Source: the human T2T-CHM13v2.0 reference genome, Homo sapiens. From it: a DNA stretch of 64,000 nt. Shown here one piece after another: positions 41,786 to 60,085 of the stretch (position 1 is its first letter; each line of letters opens with the position of its first letter). A program made the translations under genes and the position numbers. The stretch lies in assembly GCF_009914755.1 (NCBI RefSeq), contig NC_060944.1, one strand, 5' to 3'. The notes under the pieces were generated by a model, which saw only the letters and a program-made list of their open reading frames with translations, did not search any database and had not been told where the DNA came from.

Positions 41786-44700
41786 TGAAATTCTTAATAG
41801 CCTGCATGCTCCCAGATAACTCACTGGAGCTTAGTTTTAAGCTCACTAGGCTGTCATATTTAAGCAATGTGACCCCATTCCTCCCTCCATAGCTGATTAG
41901 ATCCTTGATCCTGGCTGAACCAATCTCTTTCCTGGGAATATTGATTTGGCACAAAGAGCTTAGTTTGAGTTGGTCTCTTGAATGCAGGAACTATTATATA
42001 AAAGCATTGCAGCTCTTGGTGGTTGTGGCAGAGACGCAGAGAAAGCCAGTTTGCATTGAAGGAAGGGTACAGCAGAATGAAGTGAGTGACAGTCTCTTGC
42101 AGGACTTCTGGGTCCCAGGTCTGGGCTCTACCTTTGTCCTTGGAGCATCAGGAAAAACAGCTGTGTCACTGTATACTTTCTTCCCTTAAGCTAAAGTTGG
42201 GTGGGGGTTGGGGGGCAAGGTCTCTGTTATTTGCAACAAAAAATCCTAACTCTTGTAATGGGATTCTCTAAGACTCAGGGTTGAAACTCAAAGGCAAATG
42301 GGCTCAAAGTCAGGCAGGTCCGGGTGCAGGGGGGACCTTCTCACACCTACCCCAGGATTTCTGAGAAATCTGGTGAGATGATGGGCATAGAAGCCTTGTG
42401 TGAGATTTTATATGAACTCATACTCATTTATACATGCTCACTGCACATAAAAAGAAGATGAAACTCTCCACCTCAGGATGTATATACATAAAGAAGGTCA
42501 TGGTGAAGGAGAGGGTGTGATAAGACTTATGATTGGCTGAGCTTTGTCACAGGTATCAAAGTCCCAAGACTTTATGATTGGCTGTTACTCATTTGCTTTC
42601 TTTTCTTTGGCTGAAGGAGCACAGGGTGGTGATAGTGGAGAGGATGGAGCAGAATGAGAGACATTGGAAGGGACTCAGTGTGGAACAGAAACACCACTTG
42701 GGAAAGCAGGTGCCCAAAGCTGGAACTGACATTGAAGGCATCAGCCATCTTCCTGCCCAACCCTGGAAACTCAAGGATACCTTGAGGAAATCTTTAACAG
42801 CCGAGTGTTCTAGCCAATCATATTTAGATCTCAAGAGGCAAGGAGGCCCCAGCTCACACAGGGGTTGGATGAGAACATAGAAGATTGCAACTCGAAGCAC
42901 TAATCCCTGAGTACAGCTGCAGCAGCATCTGAAGAAGGCTGAGGTAGACATACCCAGGAAGAGACATGAATCACAATTGCTCAAAGCTAGCTAAGGGTGG
43001 CCTTTTGACCCACTTCTGGCTAACGAAACCTAAGGAAAAGTCTGCCACGTTGGATGTAGGGTGAGGGTGGGGGTTCTCGAAGTGTTTTTTTCCCCCTTCT
43101 GTCTTGAACACAGGCACGATGGTTGGTGTGGTGGCAGCCATCTCTTTACCATGAGTGAAAGGTCAAGAGAATCAGAGTCATGTCTCCTAACATAGTTGAG
43201 CTGCTGAACCAAAACTAGCAGCCATCTGCCTCTGGCCTCTTATATTGGAAAAACGAACCTCTATTGGTTTAGAACCAATACAGTTAGCTTTTCTGTTTCT
43301 TGCATTGAACACATTTCTAACAGGTATAGAGGTGGATGAAGGAAAATGCTCCCAAAGGACTTGGTTTTACTCATGTTTGAGAATTAAAGACAAATTCACA
43401 GGACAATTTAATCAGATGCCTGGAATCACAGGCTGAGCTCTAGCCCCGGTAGAGAATAGAAAAGAACTGCCAAGTCTCATTACCGAAGGCACAAAACAGC
43501 CCTCCAGTGAAGCATCAAAGTTAATAGTGTATCTCAATCTCATCCACTGGCAAATCCAAGGCAGAAAAATGACTCCAGTGATGGATGCCACCACATCAGC
43601 TGTTAGCTTGCTATGGTTTTAGTCCCTTAATCACCAACAGCTTCAGGATCCCACTGGAGAGATGGGTGATCAAGCACGAGGTGAGACAGCTGAGAAGGGA
43701 TGCAATGCCTCTAGTCTGCAGGAACCAGAGTAGGCATTCATGGGCAAGAAGAATCCACCAAGAGCAGGTAACTACTGTCCCTATCTTATATGTATAAGAA
43801 AACAGACAAGATGAGAGTTTTAGGAGCTTTGTTTGTGTTTAAATTGATTATTCATCAAACACTTATTAAGTACCTGCTGTATACCAGGTCCTATGCTGGG
43901 TGTCAGGGAGATGCCCTGAGTTCAGTGAGGACAGTAAACTGTGAAAGCAAATAACTGCAACATCAACCAAAGGGATCCTGGGAGTCTTGTCAGAGGAAGA
44001 AAATGCACTGGTGTCTTGGGGAGGGAAATAACTTGGACTCTGCGTTGCTGGTGGATGGGAAGAAGTGACTCAGTTCAGCTCCTCAATTACTTTTGGGACA
44101 TGCATGATGTGAGCATACAAAACTAAAAGGAGAAAGAGGGAAAGAATGGGCTTAGCCATGAGGACAGGGACTCTGCTCCCGATTGGTCCCTAGCACCTAT
44201 AACATGCTAAATGAACACACTGATTAGGCATGTACAGTACTGCAGAGGCACTATGCTGGGTACCTTAGGTATATGGGTGGAGGAGTTATTGCCATTTTTC
44301 GGAAGAGAACTGCGACCCAGAGAGGAGAAGTATTGATCAAGCCCTCACAGCGAGTGAGTGCTAAGTCAGGATTTGAACTAGTTTATGTCTAAATCCAAAT
44401 CCAGGCTCAATCCGTTGCACTCTGCTGGATCCTTCTACTAGTCAGGACATGTTCAGAAAATTCAACTAAAATGGAATTAAACAGGAAAGGAGATTTATAG
44501 GACCATGTAACCAAAGAGCCTAGGTGTAGGTTCAGGTAAAGGTTGATGACATCAAATGGTGTCACCAGGGGCCCATTTCCTTTGGCTCTCACAGCATTGT
44601 ATTGCTTCTTCCTCTGGCTCTACATTTGCACCATCATAAAATAGGCCTTGGTTCTCCTGGGCAGATGATGGTTCTCCTGTTCTAGACCTCGTATCATCTA

Positions 44701-45131
44701 CAGTATTGACTAAGGGAAGAGAAAAGGCATGCGTTGGTAGGCTTTATAGGGGGAAAAAAAACTTCACCTTTCCAGAAATCCTGGCATTTTCTTATATCTC
44801 ATTGGCTCCAGTGAGTCATGGGCCCATCCCTGAAACATCAGTTTACGACTCCTGAGGATGACTTTTATACATGGATAAAACTATTTTTGATTACTTTAGA
44901 TTTAATATTAAATGTATTAAGGTTAGAAATTATTAGTTCTAAGAAAATTCTAGTTCTTAAACTTTTAAATCCAGCTTATAAATCTTACTTTTTAACCTCT
45001 AGATCTAGTAAACTTTAATAACCAAGTTTAAGGAAGCCTTTGCAATTAACTTAAACATTTTTAACTGTATTAATAAATTTAATATAATTGGTTTTCTTTT
45101 TAGGTACTTTAATTATCTGACTAATAACCTG

Positions 45132-45460
<329 letters not shown>

Positions 45461-46369
45461 TAGATATTTAAATAACGCTTGTAATATATTGACCCTTAAG
45501 CCTTCTTAAATGTACCAAATCAGTTTACACACTTAACAAAATTGCTTATACTTTTTAATGTAAAATCATAAATCTAAACCAATTACTCAATTACACATTT
45601 CAATTAAAATAATGAATTAATCTCTTAGATACTCCAATATGCCCCAAAATCTTAAATATTACAAGTACTAAAAAAATACTAGACATGAACAAATTGTTTC
45701 TGAACCAAACATAAAAAATTCAAGTTGTGGATATGATTTATTCATTGTTTCTGTGAACAATACTAAAACATTTTGGAATTAGACTCTTCCCCACTTCAAA
45801 AACACTTACAGCATCCTTGGCAAGACAGTGTCCTTGTCACAGAGCAAAGCATACAGATAGACTTGTGAAAGATTGGGCTGTACCCAAAACATGATTCAGG
45901 GCTAAGCTGCTGTTGAGACATGCTGAAACGTACTTAGAGTTGCCACAACAGGGACCCCATAAATTCTACAGAGGTTGTAGCAAAGTAGTACTGAGGGGTA
46001 AGAGGCAATGCTTCAGTCACATAAGCTATTGTAGCCCATCATAAGGACTTTAGCCCTGAGTAAGAAGGGAAATCTTTGAGGATTTTGAGTAGAGAAGTGA
46101 TATTCTCCTGATATTAAGGTTGGACATAAGGCCCAATTCTTACCAATGAGTTGTGAGAGGAATTGTGCCTGAAGGTTTCTGAGAAAGGTTTTTTCAATCT
46201 TAAAAAGAAATATGAGAAAGCAATCTCCTAACACACACTGTTTTATTTTACTCTAGATATTGTCTCATGAAGATATGATACCTGGAGCCATGGCAGTAGT
46301 TTTATGACTATGAGGAAGTTAGATGAAAACAATCTGACACTAAATACAACAAAGATGAAACTTTTAAAG

Positions 46370-49300
46370 AACAGCTTTATTGACATATAATTCACATACC
46401 ATATGATAGACCTACTTCGATGGTTTTAAGTGTATTCACAAAGTTGTGCGACCATTACTCCAGACAATTTTAGAATATTTTCATCACTACGGAAATAATT
46501 TACCATTAACAGTAGCTTGCCACTTCCTCTCAACTTCCCCAACCCTAGGCAGCCATTAAATTGCTTTCTGTCTGCATAGATTTGCCTATTTTGAACATTT
46601 TGTATAATGGAATCATATGACATGTGGCCTTTTCTTGCTGGCTTCTTTCGCTTAGCATAATATTTTCAAGTTCATCCATGTTGAAGCTTATATCAGTATT
46701 TCATTCCTTTTTATTGCTAAATAAGATTCCATTGTATGGGTATATCACATTTTATTTATCCATTAATCACTTGATGGACTTTCAGGTTGTTCCCACTTAT
46801 TTAGGATTCCAGGTTTATCTCTTAAATTGTTTTCTAAATTTCATTTTTAGATTGTTTGTTGCTGGCATATAGAAATACAATTGATTTTTGTATATTTACC
46901 TTGTATCCTGCATAGTTGCTGACTTGTTCATTTATTATAATAGTTTTGAGTGATTTTTAAAGGTTTTCTCTATACAAAATTATGTCATGTTTAGTAAAAA
47001 TAGTTTTACTTCTTCCTCTCCAAGTTAAATGTCTGTATTTATTTTTCTTGCCTGTTTTTTCTGGTTATAACCTCCAGAATAGAAGTGGCAAATATCCTGC
47101 GTTAGTTTGCTAAGGATAAAACAAACACAAAAAACAACAAAAAAAGAAGTGGCAAATAGAAGTGTTGAGAATGGACATCTTTTTCTTGTTCTTGATCTTA
47201 AGGGGAAAGTATTCAGTTTTTCATCATTATGAATGATGGTAAATGTGGGTTTTTGATAGAGGCCCTTTATCAAGTTGAGAAAATTCTTTTGTGTTTCTAG
47301 CTTGTTGATGTTTTAAAATCATAGAAGTGTTGTATTTTCCCAAATGCTTTTCTGCCTCTGTTGAAATGACCATGTTGTTTTTCTCCTTTGTTCTATTAAT
47401 ATTGTATATTACATGAATTGATTTTTGGATGTTAAACCAGCCTTGCATTCCTGGGATAAATCCCACTTGGTTGTGGTTTATAATACTTTCTATATGTTGC
47501 TAGACTTGATTTACAGGAATTTTGTTGAAGATTATTGCATCTATATTTATGAGAGATATTGATCTGTAACTTTCTTGTAATGTCTTTGCCTGATTTTAGT
47601 ATCAGGGTAATATTGGTTTCATAGGAGTTGGGAAGTGTTCTCTCTTTCTATATTTTTTTGAAGAGTTTGTGAGAGATTGATGTTAATTCTTCCTTAAACA
47701 TTTGATAGAGTTTACCAAGCCATCTGAGCCAGAACTTTTCTTTGTGATAAGTTTTCTGATTCAGTATCTTTACTTGTTATAGATCTATCAGATTTTCTAT
47801 TTTTTCTTGAGACGGTTTTGATGGTTGTTTCTTTTTAGGAGTCTGTGTGTTTCATCTAGTTTACCTAATTTGTTGGTATATAATTGTTAACAATATTCCT
47901 TTTTAGATTTTGTAATGTCCCCCCTTTGATTCCTCATTTTAGTAATGTGAGTTTTTCTCTCTCTTTTTTGTTTTTTGATCAATCTAGCTAAAAGTTTATC
48001 AATGCTGTTCATCTTTCCAAGAACTAGTTTGGGTTTTGTTGGGTTTTTCTCTATTGTTTTTCTGTCTATTTCACTTCTTTCTACTCTATATTTACTATTT
48101 CTTTCATTTAGCTTTAGTTTGCTCTTCTTTTTCTTGTTTCTTAAAGTGGAACATGGGGCTGTTGATTTGAGGTTTTTCTTCTTTTTGAATATACATGTTA
48201 ACAGCTATAAATTTCAATCTGAGTGCTGCTTTAGAGTGTTTTGTTGCTTTTCCACATATTTATATAATTCTTTGCATGTCTCACAATTTTTTTTTTACCT
48301 TTCCTATGGTACTGAACAATTTTTTTGAAAAGTGGACATTTTAGATAATATGTTGTAGCAACTCTGAATACCAGTTCTCCATGCTCCCACAGATTTGTTG
48401 TTTGCTTGTTTATTTGGTTAGTAACTTTGCTAGAGCAATCCAGGACTCTTTCTATGTATTCAATATTTCTCCCAATATGAAAGGACAAGAGAAATAAAGC
48501 TTTCTTCCATAATAAATATTCTTTTTATATTTCAGGAAAGTCTATTTCCCTCACAGGGTGCAGCATCTGATGTTGTTCCTCAAAGAGCTCAGCCTTGGGC
48601 ATGAGCACAGCCTCTCTAGGATGCCACTGGTTTTAGCAGGGCTCTCTTTGACTGTCTTTTTCCTTTATCTCTGTTATGCTGTCTGCCTCTGTTGGTATCA
48701 TACCTAGATATTAGCTTCTACCAATTGATGGTTGATTGTTCTATTGTTTTTGACAGTGCTGTGAGGCAAAAATTGCTCTACAATAGGATTCTGTGATATT
48801 TGGGCCCCTTTACAGGGGTAGTCTTTAAGGCCAGTTTTTGAGTCTTGTTCTGATCCCAAAGAGCTTTTCTTAACTGTCTCTTTCCCTGATTCTTCGTGTT
48901 AAACTACTAGATGGTTTAGGTTTAGCTTCTTTTTTTCAAGAAGCTACTTGTCTCCTCGTAATTGCTTACCACCAAAAGATCCATTGTTTAATTACCACCA
49001 GTTACCTCTCCTTGCCCCACATTCATATTTTGTTCATATCATTTGATTTGAACTTCCCTCTACACTCTGTTCACAATAAAGCCTGTTCCCCTAGGGGAGA
49101 ACATTGAAGCTCTCTGTTCTGAAGGCCTCTCTCTCCCTCTAGACAAAATCTCTACACCACTGCTTCAGAGCTAGGGGTGAAGACAGCAGCCTCTTCCTCT
49201 TGCAGCAATATCCAGACTTTACAAGTAGTGTGCTTGTGGTGGTGGTTGTCTCTGGTCTGCTCAGTTTGCCTCTCTCAGTGCAGAACTTCTCCCTTATGAG

Positions 49301-49655
49301 CAACATGAAACGAGGGCAATCAGGGTCCCAGTATTCTCAGACTGACAAGTCTCGGGTAGAGCTCCTACCCTGTGAGTGAGCGGGGACTGGGTAGAGAAAG
49401 GAACTCCAGATCTCTCAGCTGCTTTTGCCTGGAATTTAGCTTCTACAACATAGAGCTAGGGGAATAAGTGTTTCTGGTAACCTGCAATATTCCTGCCCTC
49501 TGGGGGAAGAGGAAATCCTATGTTCTTGTCTGCACCCACCTGTGGCAGAGCTTCATCGTGCTGAGCTGGGGGAAGCGGAAAGGAACAGGCTATGGCTCAG
49601 ATACCCCAGATGCATGCTATTCTTACCATGAAATGTTTCTTTATTTGCTATATGC
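46370..49655 (-). mobile_element. Old L1M (3' UTR, ORF2 RT region, probable 5' region) with internal deletions
   Basis: 3' end cagctttattgacatataattcacatacc; ORF2 peptides [19 protein letters not shown] (47227-47466) and [28 protein letters not shown] (47025-47273). Confidence 0.85.
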
Positions 49656-49658
49656 CTT

Positions 49659-49982
<324 letters not shown>

Positions 49983-50148
49983 ACTATTTGCTATATATCT
50001 TTAAGACAGTTTCCAGAGACTATAAATGCTTCTTTTTAAAAATAATTTTTACAAGGTACAGTTTTTTTCACCAGGGAAATATCTACATAGCTCCTCAGAC
50101 GGCTATTCCAGAAATTGTTTCAAAGATGGGACTCAGATCTTTTAATTA

Positions 50149-50745
<597 letters not shown>

Positions 50746-51394
50746 TCATGGCCAATAGCGTCCTGATTGATCCTAAACTTAATGAGGACTGAACCAAGGC
50801 CAGCAGAGTTTTTTTCCATCTAGAAAGGTGACAGCAGGTAAGGCCTAGCCTAAAAGATATTCATTCACAACACCTGTGACACTTTAGTGCTCCATTTTTC
50901 TGTTTATTGGCATATCTCTTCTACTAGACTGTGGTCTCTTTAAGTCAAGATCACATGTCTATTTTGTCTTAGAATTTCCACTCTCCAGCACTGGGGCTGT
51001 TACTTAGTATACGTATAAAATATTGGCAAACTAATGAATAACTATTGTCAGGGTAGCTTAATTACTTTAGAGCTATTTGCCTTTTGGTCTGTCCCCACAA
51101 ATGTCCTTGATTCATTTTGGTGCTTCGGACCGGGAACTGACCTACCCAACCGGTCCTATTTATCTCTGCTACTGAAAAGTCTGATAATGTAGGGCTTAGG
51201 GTTTGAATTTTGTCTCTGTTACTTTGCCTAAAAAGGTTGGGCACATGCTTTAACTTCTCTGTACTTCAGTTTTTCATCTGCTCAATAGCATAACAATACC
51301 AGTCAACATTAAATGTTATAATAATAGTAACAAACATTATTGAATGTATACTGTGAGTCAAACACTGTTCTAAACTCCTTACATGTATTATTAG

Positions 51395-51795
<401 letters not shown>

Positions 51796-52036
51796 TAGAC
51801 AGGTTAAATAATTTCCCCAAGGATACACAGATAGTAAGTAATAAAGCCGGGATTTGCACCTAGGTGTTCCGTTCTAGAGTTCTTACCTACCATCTATAAT
51901 ATGTGTATATATGGCCCTTTGAGTTCAATATATGCATGCAAAATCGTTTGCCATAGATACCTTTTTAAAACAAAAATCTGATCATTTCACCCACCTACCA
52001 TTGCCACCCCAGTTTAAAATGTATCAGTGGTTCTAA

Positions 52037-52557
<521 letters not shown>

Positions 52558-52637
52558 CCACTCCTCTCCACTCTTAACTCCTGCTTATTCGTCACTTCCT
52601 TGGGGCAGCTCTCCCTATCTCCCCAAACCAGATCAAG

Positions 52638-52751
52638 TCCTTTCATTAGAGGGATTCAGGGCAGCAGTTACCTTTCCTTGCCCCACATTCACGATCCTTC
52701 CATTAGAGGGATTCGGGGCAGCAGTTACCTTTCCTTGCCCCAAGTTCATAA
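52638..52751. repeat. Two-copy 57-bp tandem duplication
   Basis: cattagagggattc(a/g)gggcagcagttacctttccttgcccca at 52644 and 52701. Confidence 0.92.
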
Positions 52752-53058
52752 TTTGTTTGTGTGCTTGTTTGGTAGCATTTGGACTGTAAGCTCCAGGAGC
52801 ATTGCTTGTTTTTGATAATCATTATATCTCTAATGCCTAGTTAGAGCCTTGTACCTGGTAAGGATTCACTTAATATTTTTTGGAATATGAATGAAAGATT
52901 ATTCATTCTGACCTGGACTGTAGCACCAGGCCAAGGGCAGGAATCCCAAAGCTGTGTTGAAACTTGCCCAATGCAGCTGGTTACTTCAGCCAAGTTTATC
53001 TTGATAGCCTCATCCATTTATTCATCAAAGATTTATTCAGTCTCTAACGTGTTTACTA

Positions 53059-53467
<409 letters not shown>

Positions 53468-54184
53468 AGAAACAGATAAGTAGGTTGAATAACGTCAAGA
53501 GGGAGAAAACTAAAATAGATTGAGTAGAATGGGGCTGGGGGGAGGTTACTTTGGCTACAGTGGCCAGGGAGGCTTCTTGATGAGGTGGCATTTGAACAGA
53601 GACCTTCATACAGTGACAGAGCAGACCTCTGCAAAGACCTGGGGAAGAACATTCTAAGCACGGGAAGGGCACATACTTGCGGAAGGGCAGGAAGGCCCTG
53701 GGCTTTAGCCTGAGGGCAGGGTGCAGGGCATCACACCCCAACCTCAGAGGGCAAGCAAGTTGACAGCTGCACACCTTTGTCGCTGTGTGCTTAAACTGGT
53801 TTGGAGCCACCTCTTTGAGGTCCTGCCAGAAGCCTGCATTCAGAAACAATGGAGCCAGAAATGAGTCCGTTTAAGAGCCACTTGTGCCCATTCGCCCACA
53901 CCTCAGGCGGGTCAAGCAGGCCGCTGTCACATTCACTCAGGATGTCTCTCTCTGGAGGTGCTTCTGGCTGCAGAATTGTTTTCAAAACAGAAGAACGTTC
54001 TGAATTCCGCCTTCCCCCACTCCGCTCTGTCAATCTATTGATTATGTGTGGAATGAACTGGAGAACTCAACTAGGAGATGAAGAAAAACCCTCAGAAACC
54101 TCAAGGCCAAGAGGACGTGGTGGAGGCCAACTTGGGGGTTGCAGGACATCACCCACCTACCCACGAGATGATCTATTAATAGCT

Positions 54185-54325
54185 CAGTGGTTCTCACACC
54201 TGGGCAGGCATTGGCATTACCTGAAGCTGAGATGAAACCCAAATGGCTGAGTCCCGCACCCACAGTGTCTGATTCAGCGAGTCTGGGGCGGGGCCTGACT
54301 GAATTTCCTGCAATACAGGTGATGC
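54185..54325 (+). mobile_element. MER5A fragment
   Basis: cagtggttctca...tctgattcagcgagtctggggcggggcctga. Confidence 0.75.
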
Positions 54326-54326
54326 A

Positions 54327-54580
54327 TTTTTTTTTTATTTTTCTTTTTTAATTTTTATTTATTTATTTTTTTTGGGAGACAGAGTCTTGCTCTGTCACCC
54401 AGGCTGGAGTGGCAGTGGTGTGATCTCAGCTCACTGTAACCTCCTCCTCCAGGGTTCAAGTGATTCTCTTGCCTCAGCCTCCTGAGTAGCTGGGATTACA
54501 GGCATGAGCCACCACACCTAGCTAATTTTTGTATTTTTAGTAGAGACAGGGTTTCATCTTGTTGGCCAGACAGGTCTTGA

Positions 54581-54581
<1 letters not shown>
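54327..54581 (-). mobile_element. 5'-deleted AluS (left arm of inverted pair)
   Basis: Antisense tail, right arm, linker and part of the left arm, ending at ggtcttgaa. Confidence 0.93.
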
Positions 54582-54836
<255 letters not shown>

Positions 54837-55201
54837 TTAGGTATCCCCTGTATTCCTCAGTTTCCTCATTTATATGTCAGAGAGGTCTTCCTTGACCTCA
54901 GTTTACATTGCTCCCTTTCCTGATTTATAACATATAATACAATTATTGTAATATAATAGAATATGAGGTAAGAGATGATGACAGCTCCCACTTCATGAAT
55001 TTGCCAGGAAGATTTAGTGAGTTCCCTTGTCCTCAGAAGAGTGCCTGGTACATAGTAGTGTTGAGTTAATCTTTGCTCAGGTTTTTCTGAAGTCATTCTG
55101 ACGAACGCTCAGGTGTGTTGAACCCTCCTTGTTTGTACCCGGGTCAGAGTGGACAGCCCTTATCAGAATCACCTGGCTACTTGTCAAAAATGAGGATTTC
55201 T

Positions 55202-55679
<478 letters not shown>

Positions 55680-58600
55680 TTACTCAGTGCCAGTGGGGCC
55701 CTGAGCAAAGTACTTTGCTGGGAGCCAGTGGAGCCTCACATACTAATGGAATGAAGGGTGCAGATGCCCTGGTGCACAGAGCCCTCAGCCCTCTGCCCCA
55801 CCCCTGGCATGCCAGGAGTGCTCCACCATGTGGCTGTGGGCTCCTGGTGGCTCTGTCTCCTCCAGAGGGCCAAGTCCGCACTGGACACTTCCTCCGCACT
55901 ACCAGAATCGGCCTCAGAGTCACCCAGACGACTCTGGTGGGCTTAACCCTCCTGGGTTCCCATTTGTCAAATATGGCCCTGTTCTCTCTCTTCCTTCCTT
56001 CCCTGATTATTAATACCTGTGGAGTGAGGAGCCCTATGTGGGGAACAGAGCTGGGTTAATGGAGGAAACAGAATCACAGAGAAATTTTACACTTGCAGCT
56101 TCCTGTTGTAAGTACCTTCATGTGAAAAAGCATCCTTTCTTTGTGTTTGAACAGTAATTATTCTTTTGAAGTTAGTTGTAGCATGTAAGCTGTCAATGCT
56201 AAATGTTGGATATAGGAGAAGTGACATGAATGAATGAATGAATGATGAATAAATGAATGAATCTATGGATGATGAACTGATTAATAAACAGGCAGAAGTC
56301 CTTTGCCTGAGCAAAGAAAGCAGTCCCAACAAGAAGTGGGCAGCAGAGACACTCTGCTCCAAAATCGCATCTGGACCCCTGGAGGGGAAAACTCTCTTCC
56401 TCCTGTCCTCTCACCCGTTGCCCATATAATTGTCCACTAGACTTAAAGGCTTTTAAAGGGTGAGACCCTGAATTTGGCAAACTCTCTTATTTCTTTGCTT
56501 TTCGGAGGTATATTTTTCTCTAGTTTCTTAGTTGATGCTCTATTTGAAAAATTCCAACCTGGTCTTAGGATACCGTACGAAAAGGAACCTCCTCCACATT
56601 TCAGGGAGGTAACGATATTCACTTCACAGTAACTTACTTTTGGATGGTGCTTTATAGATTGCAAAATATCAGCTAGCCCCCCACGAACAAGTGTAAGTCT
56701 CTCTGCTCCTCTATGCTTGGCACTAACGCCCAACCCAAGGCAGGAACTCCAGCAACGATGTTGAATAGACCATGTCTGATTTGAGCCTTTAACAACTAAC
56801 ATTCGACTTTTATCATTGGAAACTGAGGATCAGAGGGATGGCGTGGCCATCCATGGTTGCCCAGCCTAGATCAGAGCTTGGATGTGGGAGTCACATCTCT
56901 GGTGATCTACCATGGAGAAGGGCATGGAGGAGGGCCTGGCACTGGTAATACAAAGGATGGGGATTCACAGCGGAATGAGATGGTTTCAGTCAGGGGGACT
57001 TGATTTAAATCCAGACTCTGCATCCTGACTAAGTCCTATGACCTCTCAGCCTCTCATTCTCCATCCTTGAAATGGGAAGGGCACACACAGCTATTTAGCA
57101 GGGCCATTGGATTAAATGGGAGCACATGTGTAAGGCACTTGACCCACAGGTAGAGAATAGTAAATGTTGGTGCCCTCCTTGCACCCCCAAACACCGAGAA
57201 TGACCTCCATGCCTCCCCCTCTTCCATCCCCAACCTCATGTGGGTTTTGATGGTACGATGAACACGTTCTCCACACCGTATTAAAAAGTGACATGAGTCA
57301 AAGGCACAACAACAGCTTCTTTGTTCCAAGATTTTTCAAGAAAGAGACATCTTAAGCTCTCAGTTGCACTCTCCCTGGCGTATCCTGGCTAGTTTCCTGA
57401 AGAATGAATGACAAAGCTGATTGCTGCTTCACAGAGTGGAGGTGGAAAAAGAAAATGGGATGCATAATTTGTTAAGGAGCAAGTTTTTCAAATGTCAGTG
57501 ACTTAGCATCAGGGAGCTGCAGGCTAGGGGGCCTATTGGGATTCTGCTTCTGGGAACTTCTGTGCCATCATTTTGCTCGATTAAATTCTGTATTTCAGCC
57601 CACTCCGCCTCTATTCATCTGCTTCAGTGCAACACTCCTAATTTGAGTAGCTCTAATTGGCTCAGATGGACGGCTGCAAGGTAGACGCCCTTCAAGGATG
57701 GCACACTTCGGGGGCTGTTTATAGCGATGCTGAACTTTAATCAAAGATAGCATGGGAAGAACACAGCTTTGGAGACAAATAGGCATGGGTCATTTTCTGT
57801 ATGACCTTAGGTAATACTAGGCCATTCTAAGCCTGTTTCCCTGCCTATAAAATGGGGGTTATGTTGTGACTTCCTAAAGCCATTGCAGGGATAAATGAGG
57901 TCAGACATGGTATTAGTGCCTGGCACAGGAGGCAGACATTTTTTACAACAAGCTGCTGCATTTTCATAAAAATATTTTATTATGCCAAAGAAAATGTATG
58001 AATTCTGAAATGCCAGGTAGCATGATGGCTCTGTGAGCAATGTGGCACTAGTGACATCTGTTGTCAAATTTCAGAGATTCACAACCTCCTCCAGGTCATT
58101 ACAAATCCAGCCCTTATTCCTGCGGACTACAGTCTAGATTGAGAAAATAAAATATGAACACGATGTCTGGAAAATGACTTTGTATTTAGGCACTTAGGTT
58201 AGAATGCAGGTTCAATTCTCTGGCTCCAAATGTTAGTGTTTCTATCAGTTATAACAAATAAATATGCAGAGGCAAAGCTGATCGACCGTTTCATTCCTTT
58301 TAAGAAACGGCGAGATGAACAGCTTCCCTAAGTCAGTGTGTCACAGCATTTAATTTCATGATGTTGTCTAGAAACTCTGTGTACTGTTTTCCAGGCCCAA
58401 ACATATCACTCATTTACAAGAAGAAAATCAAAAGACAAGCTACCAATTCCCAGTAATGAGGGTTATTTGTTGATCATAAACGTAGACTCCATTCCCAGTG
58501 GAGGAGAGGCAGGGGCTCTTGTAGGATTAGAAATGATAAGGAAAAAACGCCAACAATCACGCACAGAGCATGGAGTCAGAAGCCCAGGAAGTGGAGACCT

Positions 58601-59072
58601 CTGGGCCCCTGGTTACGTGACCTTGGGCAGGTCACCTGCCCTGACTAGAACCATCTCCTCATCCTGAAATAGGCAGCAGTCCTTCCCATTCATCCTGTTC
58701 ACACTGAGGCTTTTCAGAGCCAGCTCTTTATTCCTTGGATCTTTTTTCAATCTTTACAAAATCCAGTGAGGTTCGTGACTTGCCCAAGGTCAGAGATGTA
58801 AAAAGAAGCAAAGCCAGGATTAAAACTGTAGTCTGTATGTTGTCCCTATACACTATAAAATAATACGAGAGCTATTAAAAATATGATGACAGTAAGGACC
58901 ACCAAGACATTGAAGTAAAAAGAAAAATACTCATTCATTCATTAATAAATATTTGCTGTCTAGTATGAGCCTGGCACCATTCCTGGCACCTGGCATCAAG
59001 ATGATGGTGGTAGCTGAGCATAATGGGGAGACATACAATAAATAAGCAAGTAAATGACATAATTTCAGATAA

Positions 59073-59401
<329 letters not shown>

Positions 59402-59727
59402 TGGAACATGGGTTTTCAATAATGAAGGTGAGGGGTAGCAAATTTAAATCGAGGTTGGGAAAGTCCTCTCTGAGGAAGTGACTTCTGAGCAGAGCCATAT
59501 AGGGCTATCCTGAGAGGTCAAAGCACAGACCTCCTCTTCGCAAGGGCAAAACTCCTCAGAAGGAACGAAGCTCGCCATGGTGAGGATCAAGAGGAGGCTG
59601 GTGTGGCTGGAACTCAGTGAGAAAGTGCTAGAGGATGAAGGCAGAGACAGGCAGGCTGAGTTACGAGGCCTTGTAGCTGAGGAGTCTAGATTTTCTGTTA
59701 AGTGAAGACAGGAAGTGAGATAACTGA

Positions 59728-60085
<358 letters not shown>

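Noticed and set aside
47025-47466. Reverse-transcriptase-like peptides
   Set aside because: Frameshifted remnants of L1 ORF2, not an intact or domesticated gene.
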